Below, piece after piece: positions 1 to 8,582 of a stretch of DNA of 64,000 nucleotides; positions within the stretch are counted from its first letter, which is position 1, and each line of letters starts with the position of its first letter. The notes under the pieces were generated by a model that was not told the DNA's origin, did no database searches, and saw nothing but the letters and a program-made list of their open reading frames with translations. The stretch is from positions 2,882,856 through 2,946,855 of the forward strand of contig OY282374.1 of the NCBI GenBank assembly GCA_958295815.1, in the 5' to 3' direction. Made by a program: the position numbers and the translations under genes. This DNA is from Candidatus Poribacteria bacterium. Its GTDB lineage: Bacteria; Poribacteria; WGA-4E; WGA-3G.

Positions 1-13
1 ACGAACGACCATT

Positions 14-1249
14 TCAGTTTCCAAGTTCTGCTGCGATAACCACAAGGTCGATTATGTTGACAATCCCATCACCATTGATGTCGGGTTCGGTTTTGCCGAA
101 TCCATTGGCAACGGCGACTAAATCCAGAATATTAATGACACCATCACCATTGACATCATTTACGTCCGCAGGTTCAAGTGCTGGCATCAACCCGGAATCA
201 CTTTCCCCTTCAGTGCTCCCATCATCGTCAATCTCTATGTTAAACACAGCCCAGACGGGACGGTGATCGCTCACAGCAAGGCTCGCGGCTTTATCGTCAT
301 TTCCAAAATCCGTTTCATCGAACCTGTCAATTCCTGATCTATTGAGGTATTCTTTGACATGATCCTTCTGGAAAAAGATGTTGTCGTAAAGACTGGAGTC
401 CCGAATATGTGATTTCTGTGGGAGGTCAAACAGGCGAACCATCGATGGAATTGCCATGATTTGACCATAGGATTCGGCGTCACCCGGGTTACGGTTGAAG
501 TCACCCACGAGAAGAACATCTTCCTCGACTCCGTTCACTTCCTGGACATACCTATAAACATCTGCCAACGCGCTCACTTCAGCTTTCCTTGGTTCAACCG
601 TATCACCCCAAATGACATGTACAGCAATCACCGAAAAATCAAACGCACCCGCACGAAAGGTCGCCCAGTACGGATCACGAATGAAGTCGTCTTTGCCGTC
701 CGCTGCGTCTGGATACAATTCACCTCGACTGACAACACTCACAAGGTCTTTCTTGTAGAGGAAAGCATACCGCTCTTTGACACCTCGTCCGACCGCGGGG
801 CTGAACTGGTAATCATACTGCCACCCCATCTGCGAAAGGATTTTCTGGGTACGCTTTAAAACCATTTCATCGCGTAACTCCACAATCGCTATGAAATCGT
901 AGTCCACAAGGATACGTGCGATCGCTTGCAATTCGGCGTCCGTTCGGCTATTGTTGCTCATAATGCGGATGTTCCATGCCGCTAACTTCAACTCAGATCC
1001 TTCGGTATCGCTTTCAATGGCATCCTGACTGACGACCAGATCCGTATCAGTTTCATCTACTTGCGAGTCTTCTTTATCATGCTTGTGATATTCACCTGTC
1101 TGGCGATTGTAATGCCCACCATTTGCGTCTGTTCTGCCAGGGTGTGCGTACCCAAGATTATGGACGAAAACGGAAAAAATCAACAGGAATAGTGCGAATT
1201 TTGAAACATTCCATTGCGCATAGATCGGCTTGATGAGTCTTCTGCCCAT
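14..1249 (-). CDS. Secreted endonuclease/exonuclease/phosphatase (EEP) family protein with C-terminal dockerin repeats
   Basis: N-terminal signal peptide. EEP-like catalytic core. C-terminus DVNGDGVINILDLVAVANGF...DINGDGIVNIIDLVVIAAELGN is two dockerin type-I calcium-binding repeats. Confidence 0.65.
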   Translation of the reverse strand: MGRRLIKPIYAQWNVSKFALFLLIFSVFVHNLGYAHPGRTDANGGHYNRQTGEYHKHDKEDSQVDETDTDLVVSQDAIESDTEGSELKLAAWNIRIMSNNSRTDAELQAIARILVDYDFIAIVELRDEMVLKRTQKILSQMGWQYDYQFSPAVGRGVKERYAFLYKKDLVSVVSRGELYPDAADGKDDFIRDPYWATFRAGAFDFSVIAVHVIWGDTVEPRKAEVSALADVYRYVQEVNGVEEDVLLVGDFNRNPGDAESYGQIMAIPSMVRLFDLPQKSHIRDSSLYDNIFFQKDHVKEYLNRSGIDRFDETDFGNDDKAASLAVSDHRPVWAVFNIEIDDDGSTEGESDSGLMPALEPADVNDVNGDGVINILDLVAVANGFGKTEPDINGDGIVNIIDLVVIAAELGN

Positions 1250-1255
1250 GATGTT

Positions 1256-1351
1256 TGTTACGGCACACGGAGTGTGCCTACTACCTTTAATCGAAAAATT
1301 TATTGATTATGTAAACAACACGGCACACGGAGTGTGCCTACTACCTTTAAT
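1256..1351 (+). repeat. Two copies of the ACGGCACACGGAGTGTGCCTACTACCTTTAAT hairpin repeat (same family as 42011-42297)
   Basis: Direct copies at 1256-1291 and 1316-1351, separated by a 24-bp piece duplicating the 3' end of gene 1366-1839. Confidence 0.85.
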
Positions 1352-1365
1352 AGAACTCATGTTAA

Positions 1366-1839
1366 CTAAGGTTTCAGGACACGCACTTCATCAAATTTAT
1401 TGATTATGTAAGCAATACCGTCCCCTTCAGATATACCTAAGAGTATCTTAGCATCTCCATCAGGCGCGAATAGTGATAGGACCCCGCCTCCCTCATTCAC
1501 CATGAGAGAGCCTCCGGTTTTCTCCTTTGATCCCTGAGCAGTCACAACTCCATTGCCCTCCGCAACCAAAAGAGAAGCGGCACCCATTCCCTTTGGACCG
1601 TAAGTTATCACGCGTCCACCACCTCTGTCCCAAGAGATGTGAACTCGAGGATCCATATCATCACTCATCACCGTTATATCCTTACGCACGATTAACTCTC
1701 CGACGGTCAGTTTATCAATGGTTTCATATCCAAATTGTGCTGTAGTTTCACTGTTCATGCTACCAAACATAAAACCAGCAAGGGTCAGCAATCCACCGAA
1801 AAACATATATTTCAATTTTTCACGCAATCTAAATTTCAT
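1366..1839 (-). CDS. Hypothetical small secreted/membrane-anchored protein
   Basis: 157-aa ORF with a hydrophobic N-terminus and a Gly-rich body. No recognisable domain. Confidence 0.45.
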   Translation of the reverse strand: MKFRLREKLKYMFFGGLLTLAGFMFGSMNSETTAQFGYETIDKLTVGELIVRKDITVMSDDMDPRVHISWDRGGGRVITYGPKGMGAASLLVAEGNGVVTAQGSKEKTGGSLMVNEGGGVLSLFAPDGDAKILLGISEGDGIAYIINKFDEVRVLKP

Positions 1840-1885
1840 TGAACGCTCCTTCTGAAAAGATCCTTGCGAGAATGTCGGGATTCAG

Positions 1886-1918
1886 GTAGAAAATAGGCGA
1901 GGTTGAGGAACCTCGCCT
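1886..1918 (-). terminator. Rho-independent terminator after the stomatin-like gene
   Basis: Minus-strand hairpin AGGCGAGGTTCCTCAACCTCGCCT followed by ATTTTC. The stem sequence is nearly identical to the 13973-13993 terminator. Confidence 0.6.
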
Positions 1919-1971
1919 ATCGCTTTCTGAAGTATCTGATCCTAAAAGAGAAATGCTCCTGCTTTTGAAGA

Positions 1972-2754
1972 CTAACCCGGTTTTTCTTCTTCCTTTAGAT
2001 CGAGTTTATCAAGGAACGGGCTGAGTAGGTCTATCGGGATTGGAAAGACGACGGTTGAATTCTTCTCCGCGCTGACTTCCACTAACGCTTGTAAGAATCG
2101 GAGTTGCACGGCGGTCGGAGTCCTGCTGAGGATTTCCGCGGCATCTGTTAAGACTGCGGCAGACTCGAATTCACCGGTGGCGTGTGTGACTTTGGCGCGA
2201 CGTTCTCTCTCGGCTTCCGCCTGTTTTGCCATTGCGCGTTGCATTTCAACTGGGAGGTCAACGTGCTTGATTTCCATCGCCAGCACTTCAACGCCCCACG
2301 GTTCACAATGTTTTTTGATGATATCCTCAAGGTCTTGATTTAGCTTCTCGCGTTCGGAGAGTAGATCGTCAAGCTCTGCACGTCCCAGCACACTGCGGAG
2401 CGTCGTTTGCGCTATTTGAGCGATGGCGAAACCGAAGTCTTCAACCTCAATCACTGCTCTATCAGGTTCAGTTACCTTGAAGGTGAGTACGGCGTTGACA
2501 CTCACGGAGACGTTGTCCTTTGTGATAACATCTTGTGGGGTGACATCGTTGACGATAACCCGTAGACTGATGCGTTGCATCCGTTCAATCCAGAAGGGTA
2601 TCATAAATACAAGACCTGGACCGCGGGTAGACGTTAAACGTCCGAGACGGAAGATAACGGCGCGCTCATATTCTTTGAGGATCCGGACGCTCGTCGCAAG
2701 CATAATGACGACAGCAACGACGATGGCAAAATAAAGTGGATCGATTTGTGGCAT
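1972..2754 (-). CDS. SPFH/band-7 (stomatin-like) membrane protein
   Basis: N-terminal TM helix. Stomatin signature block [30 protein letters not shown]. Ala/Glu-rich coiled coil. A Rho-independent terminator lies downstream (1886-1918). Confidence 0.85.
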   Translation of the reverse strand: MPQIDPLYFAIVVAVVIMLATSVRILKEYERAVIFRLGRLTSTRGPGLVFMIPFWIERMQRISLRVIVNDVTPQDVITKDNVSVSVNAVLTFKVTEPDRAVIEVEDFGFAIAQIAQTTLRSVLGRAELDDLLSEREKLNQDLEDIIKKHCEPWGVEVLAMEIKHVDLPVEMQRAMAKQAEAERERRAKVTHATGEFESAAVLTDAAEILSRTPTAVQLRFLQALVEVSAEKNSTVVFPIPIDLLSPFLDKLDLKEEEKPG

Positions 2755-2795
2755 TTTTTTCTATTCCTTCCTCCTATGTGTACATGCAAACGGAT

Positions 2796-4001
2796 CTAAC
2801 CCTCAAATCCGGTGATGTCCCGCGCCTTCTGAAAAAAGGCAAGTTTGCGGGGTGTGTTGAGTTGCCATTGTACTGGCACGGACTGGTAACCGTTGCAATA
2901 GTCATTTTCACCGGGATCAAAGTAGCCCCATGAGGCGTATTGGCTCACAGCAGCGACGAAGTTGTTTAGGGGTTTATCGAAATTAAAATGGTCGTCCTCG
3001 TTAAAGAGAATCGGCATCGGACGGTAACCCGGCACCTGGCGTGTCTGCTGCACCATTTCAATAATTCGGTTTGGATCGCTCACGCCATTTCCGTGGACAA
3101 GTAGGAAATCGGAGGAACGGACGACATTCTCAAGTGGGACTCTGCCGCCGCCGTAACTCGTCCCAACGAGGAATCTACTGCCATTGCGGGTTGTCGCTTT
3201 CACCCGTTCGATTAATTCATGCACCCGCTGAGGCTGAAGAATTTCATGTGAATATCTGACGTTACATTCGTTGTTCACCTCAACGATAACATTGGTGTAT
3301 CCCTTGTCAAAGAGCCATCCGGTTGCGTTGTCCACAGCCCGTTTAACAGCGTCTTCGTCAGCCAGTCGATCGTCTTGACCAAAATAAAAATAACCGAGGA
3401 TGACCACCATACCGAGTGCATCGGCAAAGTCGATGATACGTTCGAGTCGTGACAGATAATCTGGGTTGAGGGTTCCATCTGATTCGATACCGGAGTTATG
3501 CCAAGGTTGCGCTTTAGAGTAGCCTTCAGGACTACCGCCCTGGAGGTTAATAGTAAACGCTAACACGCCGTGAGCACGCCATACCGGCATCGCGGCTAAA
3601 AATTCACGCGTATTCCGCTCGGCGTCCCATTCGCCTGTATCTGGATATTCCCAAAGGTGGACAGTTTCTGGGTTTCGATCATCAAAGATGCCTTGGACCA
3701 TGCGGGTGTTGATAAGCAATCCTTCGATTTTATGGTCTTGGTAGAAACGTCCGGGATAAGTAATTTCATCATTAATATAAAACGCATCTTCAACAATGCT
3801 GACTGCTGTTTTCATATTTTTCTCCTTCTTGGTATTGAATTGAACACTGGTGCGCGTGCTGCCTGTTTGGGCTCCGAAGGCATTCTTGGTACCGATTAAG
3901 ACATTAGGTACAACGGCGGTGGCAAAAGTACTCGTGGTTACGCCTTTTAAGAAACTCCGTCGCGAGATGCTTATTCCAGGCTTTTCGGCTTTATCAGGCA
4001 T
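2796..4001 (-). CDS. Tat-secreted TIM-barrel glycoside hydrolase-like protein (GH5-superfamily-like)
   Basis: Twin-arginine motif SRRSFLKG in the N-terminal signal. Candidate acid/base NE motif (VIVEVNNECNV). The family assignment is tentative. Confidence 0.5.
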   Translation of the reverse strand: MPDKAEKPGISISRRSFLKGVTTSTFATAVVPNVLIGTKNAFGAQTGSTRTSVQFNTKKEKNMKTAVSIVEDAFYINDEITYPGRFYQDHKIEGLLINTRMVQGIFDDRNPETVHLWEYPDTGEWDAERNTREFLAAMPVWRAHGVLAFTINLQGGSPEGYSKAQPWHNSGIESDGTLNPDYLSRLERIIDFADALGMVVILGYFYFGQDDRLADEDAVKRAVDNATGWLFDKGYTNVIVEVNNECNVRYSHEILQPQRVHELIERVKATTRNGSRFLVGTSYGGGRVPLENVVRSSDFLLVHGNGVSDPNRIIEMVQQTRQVPGYRPMPILFNEDDHFNFDKPLNNFVAAVSQYASWGYFDPGENDYCNGYQSVPVQWQLNTPRKLAFFQKARDITGFEG

Positions 4002-4040
4002 GCGCCGCCTCCTTACAATTAAGAACTGGGATCGGGAGAT

Positions 4041-4136
4041 TCGGTGTTACAAACCCCTCCCACAATCTGACAATCACTTCTGGGGTTACAAACCCTTCCC
4101 ACAATGTTCCCACAATCTGAAATCACTTCAAACGTG
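4041..4136 (+). repeat. Degenerate copy of the 100-bp element: two REP hairpins (GTGTTACAAACCCC / GGGGTTACAAACCC) plus a CACAATCTGAAATCACTTCAAACG tail
   Basis: Fills the gap between the GH-like gene and the 1223-aa gene. Confidence 0.75.
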
Positions 4137-4137
4137 G

Positions 4138-7100
4138 CTACTGTCTCTTTTGTGAGAGTGCCTTAAAGTATCGCCTTAATTGTTCCCGATACTGAAATGG
4201 AATGTCCTCAAATTCCTTGGCATTAGGTGCTGCTTCTAACTTCCGAACGATTTCGAGTAATTCGGGATGCAAGGGAGGTATTTCCTGGGCAGGGACTGAA
4301 GGGTTCTGCGCGACCTCCGCCTTGCGCTGCTTACCGACATCACGTTTTTGGAGTGACTTTAAGCTATCAAGCATCCTCGTCAAAATTTGTGCTTGTCTAT
4401 CAAGCACTTCCTGATCAAGCCTGCCCTGTTGAAGTGCCTTCTCCACCTCGGTCATATCTTGGGAGACGCCATCAAGACTGCCAAGCATTTGCGCCATCTC
4501 CTCTGCGCGTTCTGCGAGTCGTTCGGTTGCCTCTCTGATCAGCTGCTGTTGGGCTGCGAACTGTTGCATCATTTGTTGAAGTCCTGGCGTTTGACCTTGC
4601 TCTCGCATCTGTTGGCTGAGCTGTTGCGCCATCTGGTTCAATTGGTCCTGACTCTCGGCGAGTTGCTGTAGCTGCTGCATCATGTTTTCAAATCCGCCTG
4701 CCCCCATCTGCTGGTTCATCTGTCCCATCGCCTCAAGCAATTCAAAGATTGCCTGATTGAGATCGGCGAGCGCTGCTTTTTGGATCGGAAGGGCAAGACT
4801 CGGTTGTCTATCTTCCAAAGCACGCGCAGCACGAGAGAGTGCGTCGTTAGAGGCGTTAAGATGCCAAACGACTTCAGGTGGCACCTCTATCTGCCGATTC
4901 CCTAACTCCCAAAGTTTGGTTGAAAGGTGCGTAATTCCGTCAGCTGTGGTAAGCTCATCCGCTGCGAGTTTTTGTAACCTCAGGATCTCATTCTGGATAT
5001 AAGCATTCGTCTGCCCGGAGGTGAGGATGTCGTTCGTTTGGGCGATGACACCCTCGTGGAGATGAGAGAGGTGAAGCCCACTTTCAACGGCTTCGCGCAT
5101 CACGGTTAGGGTTTCGTTTGCGTTTGCACCTTCCATGAATGCCAATGCGTTATCTAAACCTTGCGCAAGCTCTGTCAGGGTCTGTTCTGCGCCTCGTCCT
5201 GATTCGAGTGCCTCGCTATTCTGTCCACTTCGTAGGTTCTCGCTGGTAGCCTCAAGCATCTCAGGCAGTTTGTATTCTTGTGTAAACTGGTTGAGACGTA
5301 GGATTTCATCTGCGATTCGTTCTATTTGCGGTGGAGGGTTCTCACTATTTTTTGCGAGTTCGCCCATCTTGGTGCCGAGTTCCTCTAATTTTTCGCTGAG
5401 CTGCCCGAACTCTTCACCGACCCTATCCTCTTTCTGCGCGAGGTCGTTTAAAGGTGCAGATTCAGTGGACGCTTCCAATGTATCCATGAGTTGCTTCTGC
5501 TGTTCGGCGAGTGCAGCTGCCTGTTTCGCAGCGGCTTCCAATTCTTGCTGAAGAAGGATTTGCTCGTAGAGAGCTTTGGCGCGCTCTAATTGCTGTAAAA
5601 ACTGCTCTTGGCTGAGATTCGCTTCTGTCATTGCGGATTCTTGCTCATCCATTCGCTGTTCCGCGAGTGCCTCGGACAACTTCCTCAAAATTTCCTTATG
5701 CTCCTCAGAGAGTGCTTTTTCCATCAGATTTTGCAGTTCTTGATATTTTTCGATGGTCTCAGTGTCGAAGAGTTGGTTCTGCTCCATCTCTTCCATAGTC
5801 TCTTTCATGTCATCGACCAACTGTTTCGCTGTCTGCTCAATCTGTTTCTGGTTTTCGAGCACCTGTTGCATGAGATTTTCATCGGTGCGCGTGAGTTCTT
5901 GGTTTTTCCTGCTCATTCGCTTCATAGTATCAAGGAGGTCATCTACCAATCCGGTGGCATCTGCTTGCTCGTCTAAAAGTTCGTCAAGTCCACGCTGTTC
6001 AGCCTCCTGCTCGGTAGCAACTGCGTCATACATTTCGGAGAGCGACGGGAAGCGAAGCGTATAGGTTTGCGATTTACCGATATTCGGTCCTGAGATATTA
6101 TCGTTGTCCAATGCTTGAACGTAATAAGCGAGTGTTTCACCCGGAAAAATACCGATCCGATCCACGTCCCACGTATAGGTCAGAAAGACAGATCTGCGGA
6201 CATCGGCACTTTCGACACTCCAGCGTTTTAACGGAACATTTACCTCTTCAGCACCCTCAACTTCAACGCGATATACGAGTTGGAGTTCCTGAACACCGTA
6301 GTCATCTGTAGCCTCCACCTTTAGTTCCACGAGCATTGAATTGTCCAAAATGGTATCCCGTGCAGGCGTGATAATAGATACATCAGGAACAGCATCTTCA
6401 AAAACGGTGAGCGTCCAGTTGACGGGATCACGATTCGAGAAGCCTTCAACGTCGGCAATGTGGATATGGTAATTTCCGCTTTGCTGTGCGATAAAAGCCC
6501 CGTGCATCATACGAGGTATAGAAACTGTTTCTTGTTTCTGCCCTTCTCCGGTAGGTTGCGTAGCGGATTGCTGTCCAAGCGGCTCCTTAATTTCTAATAA
6601 CACATCACCGGATTCCTCAAACGCAAGGGATGCCTTCTTAAGCGGTCTGTTGCTTTCCCCAGTAAACACAACCTCTGTCCCAAAGAGCGTCTGAATATCA
6701 CCGGTGTTTGCTGTAAGCGTTTGGGGTTGCAGTTGCGTGTAGGCGGGATAGTTGAGGCGATACTGAAACCGTGTAACAACTGGCTCATTGCTGATTGTCA
6801 GTTGGTATTGCGTAGATGCTACCTCTTTGACAGAGACATAATATTGGAGTGGACGGCTCACTTTCTCAAGTGTCGCGCGGTATGGCGAGGCAGCGTAGGA
6901 AACTTGTCCGTTTTGTTCTGTATTGGTAGACGTGTGCTGCATAGGTAGGGATTGCCATTTTGTCGTTGACATAGGCGCATCCACTTCTCCGACGCGGTAA
7001 TAGAGCTTAACAGGCGCGCCAAAGTGCCCGTTTACTTGCGCTGTAATGTTAACATCCGTTCCGCGTTCAAGCCGGATATTGCCGGGTTGGATTTCTGTAA

Positions 7101-7809
7101 TCTGAATGGATTTCTCCAGATTTCCGGGGTCTATTTGCAGGGTTGTGGGTAGCGTTTGAAAAGCCTGCGCGAAGTCTATGAAAGCAGAAGGCAAAAAGAG
7201 ATACGTGAGGAAGAGAAGCCCAATACCCGCAACAGCGATCCCTGCGTTTCGTCTGATTTTCTGAAACTCAGCCTGAAACACCTGTTTGAACTGTACCTTT
7301 TCCACATCTCTACCGGCATGGACAATCAGGTATTCAATAAATTCTGGTGCATATCCGAGTCGGTTGTCCACCAAGGTTTTCTGGAGTTGTACAGCACTCA
7401 GGATTCGATTTTCGGATGTGTGTTCGCTTTCTGTCTGTGTCAATTCAAGGCGTGCTGCGACCGCTGCATCGGTCAATTTGCGACGGAATGGCAGCACAAG
7501 CGTTCGGATAACTGTGAAGATGGCAACACCTATTGCTAACAGCAGAATACCGATGCGTATCCAGTGTGCAAACGGGAACTGCCATGCACGCAAACTCAAC
7601 GCCAAAATTATGAGGACCGCTGTCATCACAAGCGCAAGAACACCAACAGACTTCAGGAATCCTTCTGAGAAGATGAGCCATCGCCATTGCCGTCGAATGG
7701 CACGGAGCCGCGCAATCAGATTTTCGTAAGCGTGGTGGACATTTTGTGTATTCATAGCGTAATAGTTGTCAGTACGGGTTGCTACGCAACCCTTTCGACT
7801 GTCGGTCAT
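4138..7809 (-). CDS. Large (1223 aa) membrane-anchored protein with an extensive Gln/Glu-rich coiled-coil C-terminal region (BatD-like?)
   Basis: Two N-terminal TM helices, a large middle domain, then about 600 aa of heptad-like Q/E/L-rich sequence. Last gene of an operon with BatA-VWA and DUF4159. Confidence 0.7.
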   Translation of the reverse strand: MTDSRKGCVATRTDNYYAMNTQNVHHAYENLIARLRAIRRQWRWLIFSEGFLKSVGVLALVMTAVLIILALSLRAWQFPFAHWIRIGILLLAIGVAIFTVIRTLVLPFRRKLTDAAVAARLELTQTESEHTSENRILSAVQLQKTLVDNRLGYAPEFIEYLIVHAGRDVEKVQFKQVFQAEFQKIRRNAGIAVAGIGLLFLTYLFLPSAFIDFAQAFQTLPTTLQIDPGNLEKSIQITEIQPGNIRLERGTDVNITAQVNGHFGAPVKLYYRVGEVDAPMSTTKWQSLPMQHTSTNTEQNGQVSYAASPYRATLEKVSRPLQYYVSVKEVASTQYQLTISNEPVVTRFQYRLNYPAYTQLQPQTLTANTGDIQTLFGTEVVFTGESNRPLKKASLAFEESGDVLLEIKEPLGQQSATQPTGEGQKQETVSIPRMMHGAFIAQQSGNYHIHIADVEGFSNRDPVNWTLTVFEDAVPDVSIITPARDTILDNSMLVELKVEATDDYGVQELQLVYRVEVEGAEEVNVPLKRWSVESADVRRSVFLTYTWDVDRIGIFPGETLAYYVQALDNDNISGPNIGKSQTYTLRFPSLSEMYDAVATEQEAEQRGLDELLDEQADATGLVDDLLDTMKRMSRKNQELTRTDENLMQQVLENQKQIEQTAKQLVDDMKETMEEMEQNQLFDTETIEKYQELQNLMEKALSEEHKEILRKLSEALAEQRMDEQESAMTEANLSQEQFLQQLERAKALYEQILLQQELEAAAKQAAALAEQQKQLMDTLEASTESAPLNDLAQKEDRVGEEFGQLSEKLEELGTKMGELAKNSENPPPQIERIADEILRLNQFTQEYKLPEMLEATSENLRSGQNSEALESGRGAEQTLTELAQGLDNALAFMEGANANETLTVMREAVESGLHLSHLHEGVIAQTNDILTSGQTNAYIQNEILRLQKLAADELTTADGITHLSTKLWELGNRQIEVPPEVVWHLNASNDALSRAARALEDRQPSLALPIQKAALADLNQAIFELLEAMGQMNQQMGAGGFENMMQQLQQLAESQDQLNQMAQQLSQQMREQGQTPGLQQMMQQFAAQQQLIREATERLAERAEEMAQMLGSLDGVSQDMTEVEKALQQGRLDQEVLDRQAQILTRMLDSLKSLQKRDVGKQRKAEVAQNPSVPAQEIPPLHPELLEIVRKLEAAPNAKEFEDIPFQYREQLRRYFKALSQKRQ

Positions 7810-7870
7810 CAGTTAAAGAGGTATTTGACGTAAATAAGCCATCTCTTAACGGACAACTAACAACTCTCCA

Positions 7871-8578
7871 TTAATGAATTAGGGCATAGACAGCGATATT
7901 CACCGCCATTTTTGCTGCGAATTCGCGGACTTCAGGGGTATCCTCTGGATGGACCTTGGCATCCTCAAGACCGTCGCCAATGTCAGCACTGTAAGCGTAG
8001 TAAGCAACCATTCTTCCATCGTGAAAGAGACCAAATCCTTGTGCGGGTTCGGCATCGTGTTCATGAATCTTAGGCAGCCCCTTGAGTTCGTAGAAACATC
8101 GATAAATTAGGTGTGTGTTGGGTATAGGTTGTAATTCCTGATCGGGGAATACCCTTCGCATTTCACGACGGAAACTCTTGTCAAGTCCGTAATCATCGTT
8201 GGCAAACAAAAAACCGCCACTCATGAGATAGTCCCTCAAAATCTCCACTTCGCTTTCAGTCAATCGGATATTTCCGTGTCCTACAAGGTAAAGCATGGGA
8301 TACTGGTAAAGCGTGTGATCTGTCAACTTAAGGATCACTCTATCTTCGGCTGTTTCAATGTCTGTGCGCGTGCGGAGGAGATGGAGCCAATTTTTGATTG
8401 CTGTTGGGTCGCCATACCAATCCCCGCCGCCGCTATAGTGGATCTGCGCGATAGTGAATTTCTCACCGGCTTTCGGGGTGGCAATTGTGGTGTAACACAG
8501 GAGACAACACACAATAACGGGTAGTCGCCGTTTTATTAATTGTAGCATAAAACATCTCACGTTTTCTATCCAACCCAC
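7871..8578 (-). CDS. DUF4159-like protein
   Basis: 235-aa ORF with the pattern HYSGGGDWYGDP...NDDYG, characteristic of DUF4159 proteins found beside BatA/VWA genes. Confidence 0.55.
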   Translation of the reverse strand: MGWIENVRCFMLQLIKRRLPVIVCCLLCYTTIATPKAGEKFTIAQIHYSGGGDWYGDPTAIKNWLHLLRTRTDIETAEDRVILKLTDHTLYQYPMLYLVGHGNIRLTESEVEILRDYLMSGGFLFANDDYGLDKSFRREMRRVFPDQELQPIPNTHLIYRCFYELKGLPKIHEHDAEPAQGFGLFHDGRMVAYYAYSADIGDGLEDAKVHPEDTPEVREFAAKMAVNIAVYALIH

Positions 8579-8582
8579 ATCT

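Noticed and set aside
4202-7729. Numerous 60-150-aa ORFs on the plus strand (e.g. 5135-5551, 5608-5976, 7286-7729)
   Set aside because: All are antisense to the 1223-aa coiled-coil gene. Ser/Cys/Leu-rich low-complexity translations are typical of the reverse strand of Q/E-rich coding sequence.
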